Of a stretch of DNA of 64,000 nt, positions 42,401 through 55,600 are shown in pieces. The translations under genes and the position numbers were made by a program. The stretch lies in IMG/VR virus record IMGVR_UViG_3300046747_000551, positions 1 to 64,000 of that record. One strand, given 5' to 3'. Below the pieces are notes generated by a model, which ran no database searches, had not been told where the DNA came from, and worked only from the letters and a program-made list of their open reading frames with translations. Source of the stretch: a virus. Within the stretch, counting starts at the first letter, position 1. Each line of letters begins with the position of its first letter.

Positions 42401-42814
42401 ATGAAACACCTCGTCCTAATTTGGCTCGCCTGCGTCGCGCTCGCCTGGACCGCCCTCAGCGCACCGCTGCCCGACTTCCGCGTGCTGCCCGACTACATGG
42501 TGGAGAACCATTGCAACCCCTTCAGCAAGTCGGCCGTCGCGATGCTGAAAGCGAAGGGCATCCCGGCAGTGCGCATCACCTTTTGCTGGTCGCGCTTTGG
42601 CGTGGGCCACGGATATCACGCCGCGGTGCTTTTCAAGCAGGGCGACAAGTTCTACTACATGGATAACAACCGAATGGGCGCGCGGCCGGTCGCCGGCACG
42701 ACGGACCTTGGTTGCGTGCGCCACATTGACGGGACCCACGACACGATGCTGTGGATGACCGATGAACAAATGAAGCGGGTCGAGCCGCACAAGCTGGAGG
42801 AACTGTTCCGATGA
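42401..42814 (+). CDS. exported transglutaminase/papain-like protein
   Basis: Signal peptide; ENHCNPFS...GIPA...GYHAAVLF...YYMDN (Cys-His-Asp). Confidence 0.65.
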   Translation: MKHLVLIWLACVALAWTALSAPLPDFRVLPDYMVENHCNPFSKSAVAMLKAKGIPAVRITFCWSRFGVGHGYHAAVLFKQGDKFYYMDNNRMGARPVAGTTDLGCVRHIDGTHDTMLWMTDEQMKRVEPHKLEELFR

Positions 42815-43047
42815 CTGACATGCGACGAGTCGTTTTCGACGCGGTAGTGGCCCGCTACACGCGCAAGCATCGCCCGCTGGATGAAGTGGCCTACGACGCA
42901 GACACGCTCGCGGAGTCGCACAAGGGAGTGCTTCGGTTGCGCTACCTGCGTGCCGGCGACATCTCCATCGAAGAATACCTCACCCCCCTAACGAACGAGC
43001 AGCTGCTCGACGTTTTCCAATCCCAATGCTGTCAGGACTACCGATGA
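42811..43047 (+). CDS. hypothetical protein
   Basis: ATGA-coupled. Confidence 0.55.
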   Translation: MTDMRRVVFDAVVARYTRKHRPLDEVAYDADTLAESHKGVLRLRYLRAGDISIEEYLTPLTNEQLLDVFQSQCCQDYR

Positions 43048-43286
43048 ACGCCAAAGTCGAAAAAGCAATCAAGCTGTCCCGCGCCTACTACAACATGCCG
43101 GGCAACGGGGCTGGAGGTTCGCTGCACATCGTCCTGGATGACGGGAACATTGAAGTGGACCACGTCCGGTTCTGTCTGGAGTGGGCGGCGGACCGGAACG
43201 ACAAGCCGGGCGTGAAGCTGGCGGAGTTTCTCCTCACCCTTACGGAAGACGAGCGCCAGGAAGTTTACCAAGCCCTTTACCCATGA
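43044..43286 (+). CDS. hypothetical protein (recurrent phage motif GGSLHIVLDDGN)
   Basis: ATGA-coupled. Confidence 0.65.
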   Translation: MNAKVEKAIKLSRAYYNMPGNGAGGSLHIVLDDGNIEVDHVRFCLEWAADRNDKPGVKLAEFLLTLTEDERQEVYQALYP

Positions 43287-43621
43287 AATATCCTCCCCTA
43301 ACCCTCGACCAGTTCATCGACATCCTGCTGGACTTCCAGCGCCGCGGCGGTGGCGACTTGCCCGTCAGCTTCAATGCCGACGAGCGCTATGCCGTGGACC
43401 GGGTAATCGTCCACGCAAATCCTGAAGGGAAGCCTTACGTGGAAATCTACGGCGACGCGCCGTTCGACGACGGCCGGCCGAAGCCGATGACGCTGGAGCA
43501 GGAGCGCTTCGCTGACCAGATAGCCAAGGCCCTGGAGAAGACCTCGCCGTTCTTGGACATCCTCACGCGCGGCAAGTTCCCCGAGAAGGCCGGCGAGGAG
43601 AAGCGGGAGGGCACATGTTAA
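43283..43621 (+). CDS. hypothetical protein
   Basis: ATGA-coupled. Confidence 0.55.
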   Translation: MKYPPLTLDQFIDILLDFQRRGGGDLPVSFNADERYAVDRVIVHANPEGKPYVEIYGDAPFDDGRPKPMTLEQERFADQIAKALEKTSPFLDILTRGKFPEKAGEEKREGTC

Positions 43622-43827
43622 TTTTAGCTGCCGCCATCATGGCCGTCGCGATAGTTCAGGCCGTTCAGAATGCCCGCCTGCAACGACAAATCGACCGACT
43701 CACGCGCGAAGGTTGGGACTACCCGACCTATGACTATACTTCCGGACGGCTTAACGCTTTATGGGCCGAGTCGAATCGCCATCGCGAGCGGCTGGAAAAG
43801 CTGGAAGCCAAACGAAAACGCCAATGA
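43615..43827 (+). CDS. small membrane-anchored coiled-coil protein
   Basis: Hydrophobic N-terminus followed by a coiled coil. Confidence 0.5.
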   Translation: MLILAAAIMAVAIVQAVQNARLQRQIDRLTREGWDYPTYDYTSGRLNALWAESNRHRERLEKLEAKRKRQ

Positions 43828-44066
43828 AACTTTTCTGGTCCTGGCACAAATACTACAGCGGCACCCGCTGGTTCCGCCTGGAGTTTTGCCCGGCTCGCCG
43901 CCGTTGGTCGTTCCAGGTCTGGAGACTTTTCATCTCGCTATGGCTGCGTCCGCTATGAACCCGACCTACGAGAAAAACACGACCGGCTGGACGTGGTGGT
44001 GCCGCACGCACCATCGCGAAGCCACCCACCTGTTGAAACGCGAGGGCTGCTCGCCCGTCGCCACCT

Positions 44067-45194
44067 GTGACCCCGCCTTGGGCGGAATCCTATTACCCTG
44101 TGACTGCGTCTGTAAAAACTGGCTCCTCGTCGTCGAAGCTAAGACTCCACCTGCTGGGTCTTCCTAACGCGCCCGTCAACCTGGACTACTCGCTCGACGG
44201 CTTCGCCGCGGCGACGTATAGGTTCGCGCAGATGATGTTCCACATGGGACATCATGTCATCCTCTACGGGGCCGAGAAGTCCAACGCGCCATGCAACGAG
44301 TTCGTGCAAATCATTTCCGAGCGCGACCGCACCGCCCTCTGCAAAGGGTTCGAATATCAGCACGCCATAATGGACGAGCGCTACCCGCTGTGGCAGCTCA
44401 GCAACGCCATCGCCTCGGCTGAGGTGTCCTCGCGCAAGCAACCGCGGGACCTGCTGCTCACCATCGGGGGCTCGTCACAGCGGCCGGTGTTTCAGTTCAA
44501 CCCGGAACTGTTGGACGTGGAGTGGAGCATCGGCTACGAGGGTAACTTCTGCAATCACCGTGTGTTCGAGTCCTACGCGCACATGCACAAAATCTACGGG
44601 CAGCAAAACGTCGTGGACGGCCGTTTCTATGACACGGTTATCCCGCTGCCGTTCGACCCGGACCACTTCAAGTTCCGTCCCAACCCGGAGGACTATTTCC
44701 TTTTCGTGGGCCGGCTCATTGAACGCAAGGGCCTTTGCATCGCGTGCCAAGCCGCCACGGCTGCTGGCGTGAAGCTGAAAATCATCGGCCACGGCGGCGA
44801 CCGCCGGCTAATCACTGGAGGGCACGAGTATCTCGGTGCGGTGGACTGGAAAACTCGCAACGAGGTCATGTCCAAAGCGCGGGCCGTTTTCACGCCGACC
44901 ATCTACCTGGAGCCCTTCAACTGCGTCGCGGTGGAGGCCCAGATGTGCGGCACGCCGGTCATCTCAACCGACTGGGGCGGCTTCACCGAGACGGTGGAGC
45001 AAGGCGTGTCCGGCTTTCGGTGTTCCTACCTGAAGGAATTCGTGGAGGCAACGAAAAAGGTGGAGACGCTCAGCCGGGAACGCATCGCCATACGCGCCGC
45101 GCGCAAGTATTCCATGTGGAACCTCTGCCACGACTATCAGCGCTATTTCGAGCGCCTTATGACCCGCTGGGGAGCGGGCTGGAACACTTTATGA
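44067..45194 (+). CDS. glycosyltransferase family 4 (GT-B); start may be GTG 44100
   Basis: LHLLGLP, YFLFVGRLIERKG, EPFNCVAVEAQMCGTPVISTDWGGFTETV (EX7E). Confidence 0.9.
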   Translation: MTPPWAESYYPVTASVKTGSSSSKLRLHLLGLPNAPVNLDYSLDGFAAATYRFAQMMFHMGHHVILYGAEKSNAPCNEFVQIISERDRTALCKGFEYQHAIMDERYPLWQLSNAIASAEVSSRKQPRDLLLTIGGSSQRPVFQFNPELLDVEWSIGYEGNFCNHRVFESYAHMHKIYGQQNVVDGRFYDTVIPLPFDPDHFKFRPNPEDYFLFVGRLIERKGLCIACQAATAAGVKLKIIGHGGDRRLITGGHEYLGAVDWKTRNEVMSKARAVFTPTIYLEPFNCVAVEAQMCGTPVISTDWGGFTETVEQGVSGFRCSYLKEFVEATKKVETLSRERIAIRAARKYSMWNLCHDYQRYFERLMTRWGAGWNTL

Positions 45195-45362
45195 CCTACA
45201 GACCAAACGCAAAATACGGTCCCGCGTGGCGGGCACAATTGGGGTGGTTCGTGTTCGAATACTGTTGTCCCCGGCATTTCTTCGACCGGGACCCGGCGCG
45301 AGACCGGCGGTGGAAGTGTTGGGGCTTCCATCGGTGGGAATACGGGGTTCGCTTGCTGGGCT

Positions 45363-45605
45363 TCAGCGTGGAGTTACCGCGCTACTGAAGGTCAGCGCGG
45401 GCTCTTTCCGCAACAGCTTCATCACCGTCGGGGCGTGCTCGTCCCGATTTTCGCTCGGCCCGGTGCAGACGGGTTCATACGGGTCGTCGTAGCGAAACCG
45501 TTTCCGGCACACCGGGCATTCGTAGAGATACACGCCGCGCGTGACGAGGTGTGACCCCGGCACGACGCGCGTGTAACTTTGGAATGGCGGCTTAGGCGAA
45601 CTCAT
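45363..45605 (-). CDS. zinc-ribbon-like small protein
   Basis: YECPVC...PVCTG...H; last gene of the minus-strand tail unit. Confidence 0.5.
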   Translation of the reverse strand: MSSPKPPFQSYTRVVPGSHLVTRGVYLYECPVCRKRFRYDDPYEPVCTGPSENRDEHAPTVMKLLRKEPALTFSSAVTPR

Positions 45606-45915
45606 AGCCCCACGCACCGAAGTTCGGCACGTTGGTCGCGATGGAATCCGCTTTGACCTGGAGGATACCCGCACTCGGGATGACCCACCAACCGTTTGCC
45701 GTGAGCGGCACGCCGGGCGTGATGACTTGATTTTCCACAATCACGGTGCCTTCGCCGCCCGCTTCGCGCGAGAGGAAAGCGTTGTGAGTCGTGGTGAGCA
45801 CGTTGAATACGTAAGTCCGCATGATGCCCGTTACTGCGGTCGCCGTGTAAACCGTCGCGTAAGACGCCGTGATGGCGGTCGGAGCGCGGAGTTCTTTTGG
45901 AGTGTATGTCGCCAT
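45592..45915 (-). CDS. small beta-rich tail fibre-associated protein
   Basis: About 100 aa, beta-strand pattern, directly after the fibre gene. Confidence 0.55.
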   Translation of the reverse strand: MATYTPKELRAPTAITASYATVYTATAVTGIMRTYVFNVLTTTHNAFLSREAGGEGTVIVENQVITPGVPLTANGWWVIPSAGILQVKADSIATNVPNFGAWGYEFA

Positions 45916-45921
45916 AAGTTT

Positions 45922-48820
<2,899 letters not shown>

Positions 48821-48821
48821 T

Positions 48822-49469
48822 TTATACCACCGACTTTGAAATCGCGTTCAGGACCCGGCCGCGGCCGGGCATAGCACCGCTCGTCGGCGACCCTGGCATG
48901 AGATTTGCTACCCGGGCGCTCAGGAGGCGTTTCTGGGCACCGGCCGGCGCGGGGGCACCGACAGGCACCGGAGCGGCGGCGGCTTGCCCAGCGGGCGCTG
49001 GGGCTGCGGGCGCCCCCTCCCCGGCGGCTTCCGCGGGAACGGCGTCCTTGCGGGCGCTCTCGAAACTCTTGGTCAGCTGGTCGAACGGGACGGCCATGGA
49101 ATCGAGCTGGCCGGCCTTGTCGGCCTGCATAACCTCGTCTGGCTTAACGATTAACCCGTTGAAAAGCACGAAGTTCCCGGGCAACGATTCGGACTCGAAC
49201 GCGGCGAAGCCGGCCTTCTTCAGGTCCTCGGCATGCTTGGTAAGTGTCTTGATTTCAGGGATTTTCGACTTGAGCGGCGCGTAGGTGGCCGGCGGCGACC
49301 CATTCAAAAGCGCGGCCATGGCGGGAATCTTCAGGACCTCCTCGGGCAGCGAAGACTCGGCCGGCAGGTCTTCCTGGGCGCCCGCGGGGGCGGGCGCGGC
49401 GTCTGGGGCGACAGGCGCCGGCGCGGCGGCGTCGGCTACGGGCTGGACATCGGACGGTAAAACGGGCAT
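48822..49469 (-). CDS. hypothetical virion-module protein (Pro/Ala-rich ends)
   Basis: Follows class B promoter 49481-49507. Confidence 0.65.
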   Translation of the reverse strand: MPVLPSDVQPVADAAAPAPVAPDAAPAPAGAQEDLPAESSLPEEVLKIPAMAALLNGSPPATYAPLKSKIPEIKTLTKHAEDLKKAGFAAFESESLPGNFVLFNGLIVKPDEVMQADKAGQLDSMAVPFDQLTKSFESARKDAVPAEAAGEGAPAAPAPAGQAAAAPVPVGAPAPAGAQKRLLSARVANLMPGSPTSGAMPGRGRVLNAISKSVV

Positions 49470-49480
49470 GGCTTAGGTAG

Positions 49481-49507
49481 AAGTGGGGGGTTTCTCCGGT
49501 TTGTCAA
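49481..49507 (-). promoter_or_regulatory. class B promoter TTGACA-N16-CACTT
   Basis: Spacer 49486-49501. Confidence 0.75.
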
Positions 49508-49643
49508 CCCCGGAGTCGGGCGTCCGGTCCACCGGCTCGTGGTCCGGGACCATCAGGCGCTGGAACATGGACACGACGAGCTTCATCTCGTCGGGCGTGA
49601 GGTTAAAGTCTTCGACAGCAATTTCTTTCATGGCACCTACAAC

Positions 49644-52600
49644 TTACTGCGACTCGACGATTTTCGCAACCTTGGACTTGACCTTTTTCGGGGGCTTGGG
49701 CGGCGTGAACTCCAGCTTGCCCTCGGGGGTCTTCGTCGTGTGCTCCAAGAGCCCTTGGTAGGTGGCCCCGTGCTGCGCACCCGCGCGTGCCCAGCCGTTT
49801 TCCTCCCAGAGCCGTTGCTCGTTCACCCAGAGGATTGCCTGGAGCGCGTCGGGCTTGATGCCGATTCGGTCCGCGGCTTCCTGGAAGGCCTTTTCGCCGG
49901 CGAAGTATTCGGGGTTCGAGATGCCCGTCTCGGCTTGGTGGATGATTCGCCAGGGCTGCCCCTCAGAGCTGAGGCGCGTCATCGTCCGCATCGCCCACTT
50001 GTCCACGATTCCCTTGAACCATAGACCAATCAGGTTGCCCGTGAACGACGGCGTCTTGGGACCCTCAACGGATTCCATCCACGTTCCGTCCAGCACCTTC
50101 ATCACCGCGCGCGAGTTCATCCCGTATTTCGCGCCGTTCGCTTTTTTCGGCACGAGGTCGTGCTTGTCGGCCCACCAATACAGGAAGTCACTGAGCTGTC
50201 CGGATTTCACGGCTGACGCACTCGCTTCCTTTTGGAAGTCCGCCATCGCTTCCGGGTCCTTGGCGGCAAACTTCGCTTTGCCCTCGCGATACTTCGCGAC
50301 CATGTCATCGTAGGCGCCGGACTTGATTTGATTGAACGCGGCGACCGCATCGGAAAAGTTCGGGGCCACCTTCTGCTGCGGGGACGTCGCCCCGAGCAGC
50401 TCGCCGAAAAGTTTGATGTCTTCGGGCGTCTTCAGCACCTCGCGCAGTTTGGTCCGGCACAGTTCATACCACTGCTCCGCGCCCTTCAGCTCGGGGCGGT
50501 CCTTGATGGAATTGTATTCCTCTTCCATCTTTTTCGACAGGTCCGTCGTGAAGGCATCCACTGACCCGGACTTTTTCGCGAGCGGCGTGTTGAAAAGGTC
50601 CCACTCCTGCGCGGCGAAAAGGGGCTCCCCGTCCCACGCGGCGCGGACGTTGCCGGCCTTGTCCCGGCGCAGCTCGGGCGCCAGCACCTCGGGGAACGAC
50701 TTGGCTTTTGCCACCAAACTCTCGGCGTAGTCGTTGAAGCCGGGGGTTCCCTGCGGCGGGATGTTCTCGGGCAGGTAGCCCCCGCGGCTGCGCGCGATTT
50801 GAATGCCAGAGGGACCGCCCTTTCGGGCCTGGGCCTCGGGCTTCACCCGGTCGAGCATGTCCATCGCCGCGCCACGCGGGTCTTCGGCATCGAAAAGCCG
50901 GGCGGCGACTTGGTCCACTACCTGTCCGTCGTCGTTGAGCAGATTGATTTGCGCACGGTCCAGATTTTCGGCGTGGTCCGTGAGCAGGGTTTCGATTGCC
51001 TGTTTCGCTTTGCCCTTGAAAAATTTCTGGTTCGCTTCGACGGTCAGGTTGCCGTTATACTCGCGCGCGCGGATGAAGCCCTTATTGATGGCGTCCTGCC
51101 GGTCTTGAATGTTCGCGGTGTCGCTGAAGCTGGTGCCGAACTGTTTGTTGAGCTGGTCCGCGTTCTCGCCGAGCCACGTCTGGTGGTAATCCGTGTCGAG
51201 CGGAACATACTCCCCGTTCGGCAGCACCCAGCCCGTGGGCTTGTCGCCCTTCGGTTTCTGGCTCGCCGGCACGTTGTATTTTTCGTAGGGATTAGGTTCT
51301 TCCTCTTTGGGCGCGCGCTTCTTCGGCAGATATCCCCCGCGCTCGCCGGGCTTCACCTCGTCCACGCTGATAAGTTTGCCCGTCTTGAGAACCAACTTTT
51401 TGACGGCCTCGTCGGCGGTGGCGCCCTCGATGGTTTGACTGAAGGTATCCTTGCTCGTCTCACCGGGTTTCCAGGTCACTTTCCACTGGCGTGGTTCGCC
51501 GGTGGGCCGCACATCGGATTCCGTGGGTCCGCCAAAGTCTTCTTCGCGTTCGACAGGCTTGAGGGTGTCCAGGGCTCCGTTTTCTCGAAGCTGGCGAACG
51601 ATGCTATCGTAGGTGCCGATGCGGCGAAAAGCCTTCATGGCCACCCGCTCTTTGTTAGCGGGGGAATCCACTTCAATGACGGTCAGATATTCCGGCTTCG
51701 CTTTTCGGACACTCTCTTCAAAGTCGCGGCTGAAAATAGCTTCTCGGAGCTGTTGCTTAGTCCCCTCCAGGATATCCATTCCGCCGTAGTTCTCGACTTT
51801 GACCGCGGGGGCCTTCGAGAATTCTTCCCCAAAGGGGTCCGTCAAAAAGCGGGCGACCTTACCGCGGTCCGCGGGCCAGGGCAGCGACGTGGAGGCGAGA
51901 ACATTGCCGTTCAGGTCATGCACGTCGGCGTGGAACATCGAGTAATAGGGCTCGCCTTCCAGCGCCACTTGGTCGAGCGAACTGAGGATTACGTTCTTCT
52001 GTGCGGAGGTCGGCTTGCGGGAGAACGACACGTTCATCGCCGAGTTGCCAAACTCTTCAACCGCGCGGGGCGAGTCTGCATTCGTGACACGCAGGGAACC
52101 CGTCTGGTGCTGGAATTCCAGCGTCGGCGATTCGCCGAGGCCCGTCATTTGCGACATCTTAGTTGCCGCGTCGTCGTGGTAATACGCGCTCTCCACGGAC
52201 TTCCATTTTCCGTTCGGCAATACCCAAGCGGCGCCAACGACTTCACCATCGTGCAATTCTTTTTCGTCCACGGTCGGCTTCTTCGGGGCCGGCTCCTTGA
52301 AGTCAGCCGGCGCGGGCAAATAACCCGCGCGGCGCATGCCCGGGGCATAGACCGGCTCCGTGCTGACGATGTGCGCGCCTTCAGGCACGCCGGCCTTTTG
52401 CTGGGCTTCTTCGGCACTGGCAGCGTGGACCGTTTGACGGAGGGTCGTCTTGCCTTCGGCCCGGGGCTTCCAGACGACGTGCCACCGGTCGTCCAGCGGC
52501 TTCACGTCCGCCTCGCCGGGCGTCAGCGGGTTCTCGCCGCGAGCCAACGCTTCCGCTGCCTTCGCCACTTCGGCCGGAGACTTCAGCACAGCTTCACCGT

Positions 52601-55600
52601 TGCCGCCGGTTGCCACAGACTCCTGCGCGGATAGGTCGTAGATGCCTTCCTGGCCGTTCGCTTTGGCAAACGCTGCGGAGTTGTCGCGGTGTTCCTGGTC
52701 CACCAGCGCGTTGATGTCCACGCTATATTGCTGCTTGCCTTCGGCGTCAGGCGTGGCCAGTCGGAAAACGCCGGCCTTGATGTTCTCGTTCTTGAGCGTC
52801 TCCTTGAAGGGTTCTAAAGCCTTGGCTACGCCGGCCGCGGTGAACTGGTCCGCGGGCAGATTGATGCTGGTCAGCGGGACAACGTCCAGCTTCGCGTCCG
52901 TCGGCGGCACGAACACCGAACCATCCGCGTTGAAGGTCTCGCCGTCCTTTTCTCCGTTTCGGATTGGTTCGAGCGCGGTCTCGGAAAGAAACCCGCCCTT
53001 CTTTTTGGCCAGCTCATTGCCGCGGTCCATCGCCTTCTGCGCCACCTCTGGCCCGTAGCGGCCGGCGAGGCGGTTCTGGACCTGCTCCATTGCCTTGTCG
53101 AAAGGAACGAAGTCGCCGGGATGGTTTTTCTGGTGCCAGTTGCGGATGGCGTTCTGAATGATGGGCCATTCCGACGCCGGAATGGACGAGTAGATGGTGT
53201 CCAGGTCTTCCGTCCCGAGGCGTGCCAACACTCGCTTCACCGCATCCGTTCCGCCGGCCTTCTGGAAACGCTCGATGGGCATGTTCTCCACGACCTTGGC
53301 CACCGTCTCCGGCGAAGTCCATTCGGACTTGGGAACGGTGTCGAGTTCCTTGGACAGCTCGTCGTTGTAAATGCCGGCCGCGCGTTTTCCGAGCGACGTG
53401 AATTCTTTCGGGGCCACGCCGGTCGCGGGCACGCCCTGGTGGCGGGGGCTGAACTCTTTGAACTCGCTCGCCAGACCACGCGCGCGTTGGTTCTTTTCGA
53501 TGTAGTCCGCGATGTCGTAAACGACCTTCTGGTCGGTGTAGGGCATGTTCCGAAACTGCTCGGTCGTGAGGCCTTGGTCCATCTGGCGCATGACCTGGGC
53601 ATAGTCGAATTTCTGTGTCATGCCGCGAACCAGCCCCGCGTTCTGCATGTCGCCAAGCAGCGATTCGTAGGACCCCTTTTCGGGCGGGGCCTCGGGCGTC
53701 AGGAACGCCTTGGGCTCCCCACCTCCCGCGAACGGCGGCTTTGCGTCCGGGTGCGACTTACGCCAGCCGGACTCGCCAGCCGCGGAACCCTTGTCCGTCG
53801 CGGCCTCGATGGCTTCACGGAAAAATTGTGCCTTGGTCGCGTCCGCCGATGCCTTGTCCAACGCATCGAAGTTCCCGCCGCGGACTTCGGCCATCGTCGC
53901 TTGTGCGGTCTTGGATGCCGCATCCTGGGCAGCCATGAGCGTGTCCAGGTCGGCCCGGTCCTTGAGCCCGAGGCCGAGGTCATACGCGGAGCGCGTGAGC
54001 GAGCCCTGCGGCCCGAAAAATTTCTGCCACTGCTCGGGCGTGGCATCCGTGACGTCCTTGACGGTTTCGCCCACGGGCTTTTCCGGCAGATAGCCAGCGC
54101 GCGCGATGTCGGTCTGTCCGCCCTTGCCTTGCAGCTCCGGCGCGGGTTCCGCCTTCACGATGTCTGCGGCGTTGAGGCGTTCCACAACCGTGTGCAGGTC
54201 GCCCACCGGCATGCCGGCGGCGCGGAGACGATTGCGCAGCGGGTTGGTCTCTTTGACTTCCACCGGACCCCGTCCCTGGGTCGCCTTCTCGGGGTAAATA
54301 GGAATGTTGGTGCCCGGCGCGATGCGCTCAGACACGTCGCCCTGCGCGGCGCGGATTTCCTGGGCCTTGATGTTGGCCGGGAGCTGGCCCTTGACGGTGC
54401 GGGCGGTCTGGGGCGGTCCCACATCTTTGCCCTGAAGCAGATTGAGCCACTGCTCTTTCTCGGTGCCCAACTGCGTTCCTTCGCCCTTTTCGGCCGGGAT
54501 GGAGACGTTGACGCCTTCGGGGCGCACGAGTTTGCCGCCACCGCCGCGGAAGCCGCGGTCCTGGTTGTCCCAGTAGGTGCGCTGGTCCGCCAAAAGCTGG
54601 TTGAGCCCTGCCGCGGTCAGCGCGCCGTTCGCATCGGTCTCCCACGGGACGGTCTCGCCGGCCGCTTTTCCCCACTGCACGGCGCGGTCGATGTTGGAGA
54701 CGACCTTGTCCACGCTGCGGGCGATGACCTGGGGTTCGCCGGTCTTGGTCTGCTCCGCGCGCGTCAAAAACTTTTCCCCGGTATGGACCTCGCGTTGGTC
54801 GGGCGGCAAGCCGCGGCCTTCCTCGACCTCGGCCGCGCGCTCGGGCTCGGTCGGTTCGTAGGTGACCTTGGGCGCCCCGGCGTGTTCCATCCGGACCCCG
54901 ATGCCTTGGTCCATGGCCTGGGCCACGGTGTTCACCGCAGCCTCGTTGTCCTTGCCCTTGGACCACGACGTGAGGATACCCGTGTTCGTGACCGCGGCAC
55001 GTTTAGCAGAAGGAGCAGCCGGCGGAGTAGCTTCAGCCGGGGCCGGCGCGGGAGGGGACGCGGGCGGCGTGGCTTCGGCCGGTGCCGACGGCTGCTCAAA
55101 AAGTGGAAGTTCGCCCTGGGCGGTCGGTTCCGCGGCCGGCTTGACCGGGACCTCTACGGGCGCGGCGGGTGCCGGTGCGGGTTCGGCTGGCTGCACGGGC
55201 GGGGCAGCGGTGGCTTGCTGGGCGGCACGTTGGTCGCGTTCGGCCAGGATTTCCCCCGTGGCGTTGGCCAGCGCTTTGCGCAGGCTATACGACGGCTTCA
55301 GGTTCAACCCAGGCGTCTTGCGGCCGGCGGTCATGTCGAGCCCGAGCGCATTGCCCATGCTCACCGCGGCGTCCAGAAACTTTTGCCGGAAGGTGGTCTT
55401 CGCCTCAGGCAGCCCCAAGGATTCCATCGGGGTGTTGTAAAGCAGGTTCGCCCAGTTGTCCGCGATGAACTCGCTGCGGACTTCCTCGGGCGTGAACGGC
55501 CGGCCGAATTGCTGTTCGTAGTGCGCCTTGAGCGCATCGAGTTCCTCGGGCGTGTAGGCCTCGCGCACGGCATCGTGCAGGGCTTCCCGCGCCTCGGGCG

